This document shows, piece after piece, positions 25,573 through 34,646 of a DNA stretch of 64,000 nucleotides (its first letter is position 1; each line of letters begins with the position of its first letter). Position numbers and translations under genes: made by a program. The notes beneath the pieces are model-generated. The model was given only the letters and a program-made list of their open reading frames with translations, was not told the origin of the DNA and did no database searches. Origin of the DNA: an uncultured Gammaproteobacteria bacterium (lineage in GTDB: Bacteria; Pseudomonadota; Gammaproteobacteria; Steroidobacterales; Steroidobacteraceae); assembly GCA_963785405.1 (NCBI GenBank), contig CAWAVF010000002.1, positions 425,569 through 489,568 of the forward strand. Direction: 5' to 3'.

Positions 25573-26208
25573 ATGAGCATCTATCTGCAACTGCATTCTG
25601 TCTCGCCGCAACGGCGCTATGTGCGCCAAGCCGTGGAGGCGTTGCGCAACGGGGGAGTGATCGTTTACCCCACCGACTCGTGCTATGCGCTCGGCTGTCA
25701 TATCGGTGACAAAGCGGCGCTGGAGCGGATTCGCGCCATCCGTCAAACCGACCGCAATCATCACTTTACATTGGTGTGCCGGGATCTCGCCGATGTGGGC
25801 AAGTACGCGCTGGTCGAGAACTGGCAGTACCGGCTGTTGCGCGCGCACACGCCCGGGCCGTATACGTTCTTGCTCAAAGCTTCGCGCGAGACGCCGCGGC
25901 GTCTCAAGCATGAACGGCGGGGCACCATTGGCCTGCGGGTTCCCGACCATCCGGTGACCGCCATGTTGCTGAGCGAGCTCAATGAGCCGGTGATGAGTTC
26001 AACTCTGCTCTTGCCCGGCGAGGAGTTGCCTCGCACCGATGCCAGGGACATCTACGAGAAGCTGGAGCGCAGCGTCGATCTGGTGTTGGATGGCGGCAAT
26101 TGTGGCCTGATTCCCACCTCGGTGATCGATTTGTCCTCGGATCGTGCCGTGGTGGTTCGGGTTGGGCGCGGCGACGTCCGCCCCTTTGCGGCAACGGCCC
26201 CCGTATAA
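25573..26208 (+). CDS. yciO: YciO (YrdC/Sua5-fold, TsaC paralogue) family protein
   Basis: ORF 25543..26208. ATG at 25573. GGVIVYPTDSCYALGC, NHHFTLVCRDL, TPGPYTFLLK and PTSVIDLS closely parallel my memory of E. coli YciO. Confidence 0.85.
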   Translation: MSIYLQLHSVSPQRRYVRQAVEALRNGGVIVYPTDSCYALGCHIGDKAALERIRAIRQTDRNHHFTLVCRDLADVGKYALVENWQYRLLRAHTPGPYTFLLKASRETPRRLKHERRGTIGLRVPDHPVTAMLLSELNEPVMSSTLLLPGEELPRTDARDIYEKLERSVDLVLDGGNCGLIPTSVIDLSSDRAVVVRVGRGDVRPFAATAPV

Positions 26209-26222
26209 TGCACCGCCTAAGC

Positions 26223-26243
26223 TTGCGAAGATGCTCGCAATTT
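26223..26243 (+). terminator. Possible terminator after yciO
   Basis: TTGCGA-agatgc-TCGCAA followed by TTT. Short stem and short U-tract. Confidence 0.35.
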
Positions 26244-26265
26244 AGTTAAATAACGAGTGTAACCA

Positions 26266-26940
26266 TTGGATTTCAATGCGTTTCTTTATAAGATTTCGAT
26301 CTACGCAATCCCGGCTCTGTTCGCCATTACTCTGCATGAGGTCGCGCACGGCTGGATGGCCAGATACTTCGGCGACCGCACCGCCGAGATGCTCGGTCGT
26401 TTGAGTTTGAACCCCTTCCGCCATATCGATCCGGTCGGTACGGTGCTCGTTCCCGGCCTGCTGCTGGCGCTCAGCGTGCCCCTATTCGGATGGGCCCGGC
26501 CTGTGCCCGTGGCCACGAGCGTGCTGCGCAAGCCGCGGCGTGCGGCGATTGTGGTGGCGCTTGCCGGTCCGGCCGCGAATATTTTCATGGCGCTGCTGTG
26601 GTGTGCGGTGCTGGGAGCGGTTTTGCGCATCAGCGGCGGCCCGACCTTGAGCGGGGTGACCTTGCGAAGTTGGGTCGCGTCCATGGCCCAGGCAGGTATT
26701 CTGGTCAATGCAGTTCTCAGCATTTTCAATCTGCTGCCCATTCCGCCGCTCGATGGCGGCCGGGTCCTCGGCAGCGTGCTGCCGCTGCGCTTGAGCGCTG
26801 CACTGGCGAAAATAGAGCCGCTGGGACTATTCATCGTGCTGGGGTTAACCGTGCTGCACTTGTTTGGCTGGTTGTTCGACCCCGCCTATCACGCCATAGC
26901 GCACATCATCAACGCCTTGTGGGTGGGACCTTCGGCATGA
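26266..26940 (+). CDS. Site-2 protease family (M50) membrane metalloprotease
   Basis: 224 aa. TTG start. HEVAHGW zinc motif, GRLSLNPFRHIDPVGT, multiple TM helices. Confidence 0.85.
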   Translation: MDFNAFLYKISIYAIPALFAITLHEVAHGWMARYFGDRTAEMLGRLSLNPFRHIDPVGTVLVPGLLLALSVPLFGWARPVPVATSVLRKPRRAAIVVALAGPAANIFMALLWCAVLGAVLRISGGPTLSGVTLRSWVASMAQAGILVNAVLSIFNLLPIPPLDGGRVLGSVLPLRLSAALAKIEPLGLFIVLGLTVLHLFGWLFDPAYHAIAHIINALWVGPSA

Positions 26941-28151
26941 GTGGACCGATACAGAATCGACGCGTGCTGTCGGGCATGCGCCCAACGGGCCAGCTGCATT
27001 TGGGAAATTTTCACGGCGCGCTGAAGAATTGGATCGAACTGCAATATCAGTACGAGTGCTACTTCTTCATTGCCGATTGGCATGCCTTGACCACCGGCTA
27101 CGAGGATACTTCGAAACTCGAGGAGAACACCTGGAGCATGGCCATCGATTGGCTGGCGGCGGGCCTCAATCCGGGCGTCGCCACGATGTTCATCCAGTCG
27201 AAAGTACCCGAACACGCGGAACTGCATTTGTTGCTGTCGATGATTACGCCGTTAGGCTGGCTCGAGCGGGTTCCCTCCTACAAGGAGCAGCAGGCGCAGC
27301 TAGCCGATCGCGACTTGAGCACCTATGGTTTTCTGGGCTACCCCTTGCTGCAAAGCGCGGACATCCTGCTGTACCGTTCGCAATTCGTGCCGGTGGGCGA
27401 AGATCAAGTGGCGCATGTGGAAATCACGCGCGAGGTCGCGCGACGTTTCAATCACATTTATGGCCGCGAGCCGGAGTTCGAACAGAAGGTAGAAAAAGCC
27501 ATCAAAAGCCTGGGGTCGCGCAACTCCGGGTTGTATCGGGCGTTGCGCAAGGAATTTCAGGAGAAGGGCGACGCGGAGGCGCTCGGCAAGGCCCGCGCCA
27601 TGCTCGAGGCAAATGCGCGTTTGACGGTCGCTGATCGCGATCGTTTATTGGGATTTCTCGAGGGCACCGGAATTTCGATATTGCCGGAACCCGAAGCGCT
27701 GCTCACGGCAACACCCAAGGTTCCCGGGCTGGACGGGCGCAAAATGTCCAAGTCCTACGGCAACACGATTGGGCTGCGTGAGGACACGGACTCTGTCGTC
27801 AGAAAGCTCAAAGCAATGCAGACCGATCCGGCCCGTCAACGGCGCACGGATCCCGGCGATCCGGACAAATGCCCGGTGTGGGATTTGCACAAAATCTATT
27901 CAAGCGCCGAGACTCAAGACTGGGTGCAGAAAGGCTGCCGCACTGCGGGAATCGGCTGTTTGGAATGCAAGGCGCCTCTGATCGAGAAAATCGTGGAGGA
28001 AGTGTCGGGCATTGCCAAGCGCGCGCAGGAGTTCGAAGAGAATCCGGACCTGGTACGCGGTATTATCGCCGAGGGGTGCGAGCGGGCGCGGACGGTGGCA
28101 CGCGACACCCTGGAGGCGGTCCGTCAAGCAATGAACATGAATTATCGATGA
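26937..28151 (+). CDS. trpS: Tryptophan--tRNA ligase (long form with insertion and C-terminal Cys cluster)
   Basis: ORF 26490..28151. ATG at 26937 (ATGA overlap with the M50 gene). HIGH-type GQLHLGNFHG, KMSKS. 404 aa. Confidence 0.95.
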   Translation: MSGPIQNRRVLSGMRPTGQLHLGNFHGALKNWIELQYQYECYFFIADWHALTTGYEDTSKLEENTWSMAIDWLAAGLNPGVATMFIQSKVPEHAELHLLLSMITPLGWLERVPSYKEQQAQLADRDLSTYGFLGYPLLQSADILLYRSQFVPVGEDQVAHVEITREVARRFNHIYGREPEFEQKVEKAIKSLGSRNSGLYRALRKEFQEKGDAEALGKARAMLEANARLTVADRDRLLGFLEGTGISILPEPEALLTATPKVPGLDGRKMSKSYGNTIGLREDTDSVVRKLKAMQTDPARQRRTDPGDPDKCPVWDLHKIYSSAETQDWVQKGCRTAGIGCLECKAPLIEKIVEEVSGIAKRAQEFEENPDLVRGIIAEGCERARTVARDTLEAVRQAMNMNYR

Positions 28152-29077
28152 AGCCCGAATTGACGCTGGTTCAAAACGCGCCGCCGCCGCCTCCGGGCGA
28201 AGTCCTGGCACCGCCGCCCAATCTTGCGCCGGCGCAGGCTGAAATGCCGTTTGCGGTGGTGGAGGGGCAACCCATAACCGAGATGCCGCGGGATTTGTAC
28301 ATTCCGCCGCAGGCGCTGGAGATCTTTCTCGAGGCGTTCGAAGGTCCTCTCGACATGCTGCTGTATTTGATTCGGCGGCAGAACCTGGACATCCTCGACA
28401 TTCCGATCGCGGAGATCACCCGCCAATACATGCGCTACATCGAGCTGATGCAGGTGTTGCAGCTCGAGCTTGCCGGCGAATACCTGTTGATGGCCGCCAC
28501 CCTCGCGGAAGTGAAATCGCGCATGCTCCTGCCAAGGGTTGGCAGCGATGATACCGCGGAGGAGGCGGATCCCAGGGCCGAACTGGTGCGGCGCCTGCAG
28601 GAATACGAGCGCTTCAAGCGCGCTGCCGAGAACATCGATCGCATGCCGCGGCTGGATCGTGATACCTGGGTCGCATCGGCGGAACTGGTCGATCGCAAGG
28701 TGGTGCGCATGGCGCCGCGTGTGACGCTGCAGGAGATGCTGGTCGCCTTTCAGGATGTATTGTCGCGCAGCGATATGTTTGCCCACCATCACGTGCAGCG
28801 CGAGCCTTTGTCGGTGCGCCAGCGGATGACCGATATCTTGTCGGCGCTCACCAGCAACGCATTTGTGGATTTCGTGCGCTTGTTTACCCCGGAGGAGGGC
28901 CGTCGCGGGGTGACCGTGACCTTTGTAGCCGTCCTCGAACTGTTGCGCGAAGGATTGATCGAACTAGTGCAATCGGAAGCATACGCGCCGCTGCATGTGC
29001 GCCTGGGCAATCCGGCCCGGCACCTGAAACTGGTAGCCGAAGAAGGCGCCGCCAACGACACCGAAGCGAGTCCTTAA
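28148..29077 (+). CDS. scpA: Segregation and condensation protein A
   Basis: ORF 27869..29077. ATG at 28148 (ATGA overlap with trpS). FEGPLDMLLYLIRRQNLDILDIPIAEIT. Confidence 0.9.
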   Translation: MKPELTLVQNAPPPPPGEVLAPPPNLAPAQAEMPFAVVEGQPITEMPRDLYIPPQALEIFLEAFEGPLDMLLYLIRRQNLDILDIPIAEITRQYMRYIELMQVLQLELAGEYLLMAATLAEVKSRMLLPRVGSDDTAEEADPRAELVRRLQEYERFKRAAENIDRMPRLDRDTWVASAELVDRKVVRMAPRVTLQEMLVAFQDVLSRSDMFAHHHVQREPLSVRQRMTDILSALTSNAFVDFVRLFTPEEGRRGVTVTFVAVLELLREGLIELVQSEAYAPLHVRLGNPARHLKLVAEEGAANDTEASP

Positions 29078-29791
29078 ATGAACGATCAATATGTGAAGAA
29101 CGTGGTTGAAGCCGCGCTGCTGGCCGCCGGCCGCCCTCTCGCCATGGACGAGCTGGTGAGCATCTTCGATGAACGCGATGGTTCAAATGCCGACGAGATC
29201 AGAGCCGCGATCGCCGCACTTACGGCGGACTACGAATCGCGCGGCCTGGAACTGCTCGAGGTCGCCAGCGGCTATCGAATTCAAATCAAAGCTGCGGTGG
29301 CTCAGCCGGTGGCGCGGCTGTGGCAGGAGCGGCCGGCCAAGTACTCGCGCGCGCTCCTCGAGACTTTGGCGCTGGTGGCCTATCGACAGCCGATCACTCG
29401 CGGAGAAATCGAGCAGATTCGCGGCGTGACGGTCAATCCGCACATCATCAAGACCCTGCTCGAGCGAAACTGGATCCGGGTGGTCGGCCACCGCGATGTG
29501 CCCGGCAAGCCCGAGTTGCTGGGAACCACGCGGGAGTTTCTCGATTATTTCAGCTTGAAGAAACTGGATGACTTGCCGACCTTGGCGCAGCTCAAGGAGC
29601 TGGAGGACCTGCGCGTGCAGTTGACATTGCCGGGCGCCGAGCGTGAGGTATTGACCGAAGGGGAACCTCCGCTCGATGCTGCCGCGGATCTCGAGCACGC
29701 GGCTGATGACGATGAGGAGCCTGCCGCGGAAAACACGGCGCCGCGGACGCAGGGTTTGGTTGCAAGCGGATCGCTAGACGATTCGAATTGA
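29078..29791 (+). CDS. scpB: Segregation and condensation protein B
   Basis: 237 aa. VEAALLAAGRPL, GYRIQIK, ETLALVAYRQPITRGEIEQIRGV. Confidence 0.92.
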   Translation: MNDQYVKNVVEAALLAAGRPLAMDELVSIFDERDGSNADEIRAAIAALTADYESRGLELLEVASGYRIQIKAAVAQPVARLWQERPAKYSRALLETLALVAYRQPITRGEIEQIRGVTVNPHIIKTLLERNWIRVVGHRDVPGKPELLGTTREFLDYFSLKKLDDLPTLAQLKELEDLRVQLTLPGAEREVLTEGEPPLDAAADLEHAADDDEEPAAENTAPRTQGLVASGSLDDSN

Positions 29792-30624
29792 TGGGCCGGC
29801 GAGCCCCGCGCAAGGCATCAGCGTCCCGCAGGTCGGCGCCGCCACGCAAAGATCAGCCGGCGAGTGAACGGGTGCAGAAGCTGCTCTCCGCGGCGGGCAT
29901 CGGTTCGCGCCGCGAAGTGGAGCGCTGGATTCGCTCGGGCAGGCTGCAAGTCAACGGCGAAGTGCCGGCGCTCGGGGCCAAACTCACCGCCCGCGATCGC
30001 ATCACGCTGGACGGCCGGCCAGTGCGCTTGCATGCCCCGGCCGTCAAGGAATTGCGGGTACTGCTGTTTCATCGCTCGCCGGGCGAGAGCCTCGACCTCA
30101 AGGCGGCGACCTCGCGTGCGGCCGAGCATCTCAACCTGCCGCGCTCTTCAGGCCGGTGGCTGGCAATCCAGCCCATGCCCCCGGTCGACGGAGGATTGGA
30201 AATTCTCACCGACGATGGGTCCTGGGCGCACCGCGTGTCCCGCGGCGTGCACGCGCTGACCATCGACTACGTGCTGCGCATGCGCGGTCCGCTCAACGAA
30301 ACCCTGGTCGAGGAATTCCGCGCGGCCACCGACTGCGAGGACGAGCCGATGAGCATTCTTCGCGCGGAGGCGAAATATGGAGAAGGATTCAATCATTGGC
30401 TCACCGTCACGGTGCGCGCGACGCGCTCGGCGCAGGTGCGGCATTGGTGGGCGGCGCGCGGCCTGATTGTCAGCCGCTTGATGCGCGTGCGCTTTGGACC
30501 CGTGCATCTGGCGCGCGAACTGCCGCGCGGGCACTCCCGTGCGATGCTGGTGAGCGAACGCAACGCGTTGATCAATGAGATCGACGCTGCCTTGCTTAGC
30601 GAAGCAGCGCCGGATCCCGCGTAG
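29788..30624 (+). CDS. RluB-like S4-domain pseudouridine synthase homologue with a non-canonical catalytic loop
   Basis: 278 aa. S4 domain RVQKLLSAAGIGSRREVERWIRSGRLQVNG. RsuA/RluB-family body, but GRLD is replaced by QPMP (see finding). scpA-scpB-rluB synteny. Confidence 0.75.
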   Translation: MMGRRAPRKASASRRSAPPRKDQPASERVQKLLSAAGIGSRREVERWIRSGRLQVNGEVPALGAKLTARDRITLDGRPVRLHAPAVKELRVLLFHRSPGESLDLKAATSRAAEHLNLPRSSGRWLAIQPMPPVDGGLEILTDDGSWAHRVSRGVHALTIDYVLRMRGPLNETLVEEFRAATDCEDEPMSILRAEAKYGEGFNHWLTVTVRATRSAQVRHWWAARGLIVSRLMRVRFGPVHLARELPRGHSRAMLVSERNALINEIDAALLSEAAPDPA

Positions 30625-30631
30625 CTGATCG

Positions 30632-31753
30632 CTACTTTGCGGCCGGCGCTTTCGCGGCAGCCGCGGCCGATTCATCCAGCAATTGCGCCAGATACTTCTG
30701 CCATACCGCGGCCCAGGTGTGCGTTCCATGGCCGTGAGTCTGATCGGAGGCGGGCAGCAGCACGAAGCGCCCATTCGCGACGCGCTTGATCTCCCGTTCC
30801 GCAATCCCTAGTTCCGGGGGGTTGATGAAATCGTCGCCGGAGTTGATCAGCAGCAGCGGCGCTTTGATTTTCTCCAATCCGGGGGACGGGTCGTAGTCGC
30901 GCGAGGCGTTGACGGCGTACAAGAGATCGTTGGCGTCCAAGTCATCCATCTCCCGCGCCATGTATTTCTGCAGAAATTCATCCGCGGCGGCCTGGCTCGG
31001 CAGCGAAAGCTGCATTTGAATGGGTGCGCTGCCGGCAATCAACAGCAGGCCTGCGGCGGTACGCAATGCGGCCACAGGTTCGCTGCTGTAGTCGCCGTTC
31101 ATCCACTGCGGATCATTGCGAATCGCATCCATGAGGAGGTCGCGCCACAGGCGATTTCGTCCGGCAATTTGCACCGGCAGACAGGCGAGCGGCATCAGCG
31201 CATCCATGAAGTCGGGATACGCCTCGCCCCACATGAATGTGTGCATGCATCCCATGGAGGTGCCCATCACCAGCCGCAGATGCTCGACTCCCAGACCTTT
31301 GATCAATGCGTATTCCGCGGCCACCATATCCTGGTAGTTATATTGCGGAAAGTGGGCGTGCAGTCCGTCGCTGGGTTTGCTGGAATTGCCGTGCCCGATA
31401 CTGTCCGGAAGCACGACGAAATATTTATCGGCGTCCAGAAGCTGACCTTTCTGAAACAGCACGCCGGAGAATCTATCGTTGACGAGACTTCGGCCGGAAC
31501 CGCCGGTGCCGTGCAGAATCAGCACCGCGTTGGTTACGTGTCCAGAGGCGTCCTTGTGCGGTCTGCCGAAAAACGTGTAGTGCATGCGCACTTCCGGCAG
31601 CGTCTCGCCGGAGGCGAAATGGAAATCATGGAGGACAAAGTCGCCTTCCAGCGGCCGGGTCAATCCCGGCGCCGGCGCGGCCCGGGCGCTTCCCGCCACG
31701 ATGCAGAAGGCAGCCGATATTGCGCAAGCTGAAATGAGTGTCCGTAAGTGCAC
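30632..31753 (-). CDS. Secreted alpha/beta hydrolase (MetX-like fold)
   Basis: 373 aa. Signal peptide ending ARAAPA, nucleophile elbow GTSMG, HG oxyanion region ILHGTGGSG. Confidence 0.7.
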   Translation of the reverse strand: MHLRTLISACAISAAFCIVAGSARAAPAPGLTRPLEGDFVLHDFHFASGETLPEVRMHYTFFGRPHKDASGHVTNAVLILHGTGGSGRSLVNDRFSGVLFQKGQLLDADKYFVVLPDSIGHGNSSKPSDGLHAHFPQYNYQDMVAAEYALIKGLGVEHLRLVMGTSMGCMHTFMWGEAYPDFMDALMPLACLPVQIAGRNRLWRDLLMDAIRNDPQWMNGDYSSEPVAALRTAAGLLLIAGSAPIQMQLSLPSQAAADEFLQKYMAREMDDLDANDLLYAVNASRDYDPSPGLEKIKAPLLLINSGDDFINPPELGIAEREIKRVANGRFVLLPASDQTHGHGTHTWAAVWQKYLAQLLDESAAAAAKAPAAK

Positions 31754-31770
31754 TGTTGAAGTCCTCGTTG

Positions 31771-32517
31771 TTATTGCGCGTCAATGAACTGCCCATCAAT
31801 ACTCCGGCCGCGCGCGCTCAGCAAGTACAGAAATGCGCCGCTGACCGACGCGGGTGTGGGTAGCGTGTTCGGATCCTCGGCCGGATACGCTGCCGCGCGC
31901 ATTGCGGTGCGCATGCGGCCCGGGTTCACGCTATTCACGCGGATATTTGGCTCGCCCTGCAGTTCCTCGGCGAGCATGCTGCGCACCGACTCCAAGCCGC
32001 TCTTGGCCACGGCGTATGCGCCCCAGTACGGCCGGGATTGCTTCACCACACCGCTGCTGACGAATATGACGGAGGCGTCGGCCGATTTGCGCAAGCTGGG
32101 CAGCAACACCTGCGTCAAAATGAACGGCGCGGTGAGATTCACGTGTAGCACCTTGCACCAGGTGGGTACATCATATTGCTCGAGCGGCGTACGATCGCCG
32201 AGCTGTGCCGCGGCGTGCACCACGCCGTCCAGTTTACCGAACTCGGTGCCGATGACCCGCGCCAGCGCATCGTAATCCACGGCGGTCGCGACCGCGAGAT
32301 CGAGCACCGCGATTGCCGGCGTCGGGGCGGCCAGTGCCGCGATCTCATCGTACACGCGCTCAAGCTTGGACAGATTGCGTCCCGACAGGATGACGGCAGC
32401 GCCGGCGCGCGCGCATTCGATCGCGAGTGCGCGGCCGAGTCCGCTGCTTGCGCCGGTGATCAAAATCACACGGCCGGAAAGCAAGTCTGGATCCGCGATG
32501 AATTGTTTGGGGACCAT
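31771..32517 (-). CDS. yciK: YciK-family SDR oxidoreductase
   Basis: ORF 31771..32736. ATG at 32517 gives 248 aa. TGASSGLG cofactor motif and the YxxxK motif (YAVAK). Confidence 0.85.
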   Translation of the reverse strand: MVPKQFIADPDLLSGRVILITGASSGLGRALAIECARAGAAVILSGRNLSKLERVYDEIAALAAPTPAIAVLDLAVATAVDYDALARVIGTEFGKLDGVVHAAAQLGDRTPLEQYDVPTWCKVLHVNLTAPFILTQVLLPSLRKSADASVIFVSSGVVKQSRPYWGAYAVAKSGLESVRSMLAEELQGEPNIRVNSVNPGRMRTAMRAAAYPAEDPNTLPTPASVSGAFLYLLSARGRSIDGQFIDAQ

Positions 32518-32530
32518 GGGGGACTCAAGT

Positions 32531-33367
32531 TCAATGATCGGCGCGGCGCGCGGTGCTCCACGCGAGCAGCATATCCTGTGGGCCTCGAGATTTCCGGGTT
32601 GGCGATCGTTGCCGCAGATGTTTGAGCCCGAGCGCCGCCAGCACCAGCAGATGGCGCTGCTGCCTCCTCTGGGCGCGCGGCAGAGCGAGGGCAGCGAATT
32701 CATATCGATGCGCGGCGCGTTCACGCAGAAGTCCAAGGTAATTTTCGAGGCGCGCCGGCGGTTGATCGGCTGCTAAATCGGCGTTGTCGATGCCGGCCGC
32801 CATGAGCTCATCCACCGCGAACGGCACGCGGCCGGCGCGAGCCGCGCGCCGATAGTCGGCCACCAACCTTGATAGATGATCGGCTTCGGCCAGTGCCTCG
32901 GTACATTGACTCAAGCCCGCCTGATCGAAGCCCTCGCCGGCGAGCCGCGACGCCACCTCCAGGGGAAAGGCGCGCAGCGCATGGGCGTGCGGCGCAAGGT
33001 CAGCGCCGCGTTCCAGCGGCGCGCCATCCACTTCGGCGGCGGCGGCATCCATGCTCCGCTGCAAGGGCGCGAAATCCACCTGCGCGGCGCCCGGCAGCGA
33101 CATCAAGTACACGCCGATGGGATGGATCGGTACCCGGGCGGTCAGGCGGCGCATCTCCTCCTGCCACCATGCCAACTTGATGCGCGCCGCGCTCATTTCA
33201 CTGGCGGGATCCATCAAGGCGCTCCATTCCGCGAGCAGCGCGTAAGCGCCGAGCAACGGTGCGCGCAATTCGGGGCTGGCAAACAGCCAGCTCCAATGTC
33301 GTGCCGAGCCCAGCGGTATCGCGCGCGCGCGATAACTTGCATCAAGATTCGTCGTCGCTTGTTTCAT
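32531..33367 (-). CDS. Squalene/phytoene synthase-family protein lacking obvious Asp-rich motifs
   Basis: 278 aa, all-helical. GRVPFAVDELMAAGI resembles the GR-x-YLP-x-DEL region of the SQS/PSY family. Family assignment is by eye only. Confidence 0.5.
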   Translation of the reverse strand: MKQATTNLDASYRARAIPLGSARHWSWLFASPELRAPLLGAYALLAEWSALMDPASEMSAARIKLAWWQEEMRRLTARVPIHPIGVYLMSLPGAAQVDFAPLQRSMDAAAAEVDGAPLERGADLAPHAHALRAFPLEVASRLAGEGFDQAGLSQCTEALAEADHLSRLVADYRRAARAGRVPFAVDELMAAGIDNADLAADQPPARLENYLGLLRERAAHRYEFAALALPRAQRRQQRHLLVLAALGLKHLRQRSPTRKSRGPQDMLLAWSTARRADH

Positions 33368-34646
33368 CGGCAGAGTCGCCGTCGGTGGCCGGCGCGCGCG
33401 GTATGCGGGCGAGGTCAGCGACCGGCTCGAGCGGATCGATCTCGCGATTCACGCGTAGCCCAAGCTCCGGAAAACGGCGTGCCGAGGGCAGTACCTGCTG
33501 CTCCAATGAGCCCACTGCGCGATTGAAGGCCTCGACGCTGCTGCCGAGGGACTTGCCCAACTTGCCAAGATGCTCGCCGAATACCGCCAAGCGCTTGTAC
33601 AGCTGCTCGCCGAGGCGGCGAACTTCCTCGGCATTCGCGGCAAGTACCGTTTGCTTCCATCCATACGAAACGGCTTTCAATAGCGCGACCAAACTGGTCG
33701 GCGTCGCCAGCATGACGTTTTGACGCATCGAATCGTCAAGCAGACCCGGATTTTCCTGCAGCGCGGCGGCGAGGAATTGGTCGCCCGGCAGGAACAAGAC
33801 AACGAAATCCGGACTGCGTTCGAACTGCGACCAATACTGCTTCGAGGACAGTTCGCGCACCCTTAACCCGACGATTTGCCCATGACGGCGCAGCTGCGCG
33901 CTGCGTTCCTCGTCATCCTGGGCCTCCACCGCTGCAAGATAGGCATCCAGCGGCGTCTTGACGTCGACCACGATGTCACGCCGCTCCGGCATGTGCACAA
34001 TCATGTCGGGTCGTACGGCGCCTGAGTCGGTATTGCGATGCTGCTGTTCGGTGAAGTCGACATGCGCGGTCATGCCGGACAATTCGACCAGCCGGCGCAG
34101 TGTGATCTCGCCCCATTGCCCGCGCACATCGGGGCGGCGCAGCGCGGTGACCAGATTGCGCGTTTCGCGCGACAGAGTGCTCTGGCCGCTCGCCAAAACC
34201 TCCATCTGCGCGCGGATGGTCGCGAATGAGTCGATGCGATCACGCTCTATCGATTGAATCTGGGCTTCGGTTTTGGCCAAGGCGTCGCGTATCGGTCTCA
34301 CCAAGGCTTCAATGGCGGATTCGCGTTCTTTCAGCGCCTGCGAGGCGTCCAGCTGTTGCCGAGTCAATCTTTCCCGCGCCAGCTGCAGAAAAACCTCGCT
34401 GTTGCTCTGCAAGCTGTCGCGGGCGAGTTCGCCGAATACGGCCTGCAGCTGGTCGCGCGCGCGTGCCAGTGCCTGCTCGCGCTCCGCGCTTAATGCCTCC
34501 TCGGTCTTGAGACGGCCGCGCAGCAGTTCGACATCGATGCGCAACGCCTGTTCGCGCCGTGCGCGCCATAAGAGCGCCGCCAGAGCGCCGAGCACGGCGC
34601 CCACCCCTGCGCCCAAGACCCACGCCAGCCAAACACTGTCAGTCAT
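33342..34646 (-). CDS. rmuC: DNA recombination protein RmuC
   Basis: 434 aa. N-terminal TM helix, long coiled coil, C-terminal RmuC nuclease-like region (FVVLFLPGDQFLAAAL, MLATPTSLVALLKAV). Confidence 0.9.
   Translation of the reverse strand: MTDSVWLAWVLGAGVGAVLGALAALLWRARREQALRIDVELLRGRLKTEEALSAEREQALARARDQLQAVFGELARDSLQSNSEVFLQLARERLTRQQLDASQALKERESAIEALVRPIRDALAKTEAQIQSIERDRIDSFATIRAQMEVLASGQSTLSRETRNLVTALRRPDVRGQWGEITLRRLVELSGMTAHVDFTEQQHRNTDSGAVRPDMIVHMPERRDIVVDVKTPLDAYLAAVEAQDDEERSAQLRRHGQIVGLRVRELSSKQYWSQFERSPDFVVLFLPGDQFLAAALQENPGLLDDSMRQNVMLATPTSLVALLKAVSYGWKQTVLAANAEEVRRLGEQLYKRLAVFGEHLGKLGKSLGSSVEAFNRAVGSLEQQVLPSARRFPELGLRVNREIDPLEPVADLARIPRAPATDGDSADETSDDES

Noticed and set aside
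26490-26936. N-terminal extensions given by the ORF track. Examples: trpS from 26490, scpA from 27869, yciB from 25950, the secreted unknown from 55823, the ABC exporter from 57724, yciK from 32736, the FG-GAP gene from 51487, galU from 47495.
   Set aside because: The extensions overlap the preceding gene or the opposite-strand gene and translate to non-protein-like sequence. Internal starts reproduce family-typical N-termini, often with ATGA/GTGA coupling.
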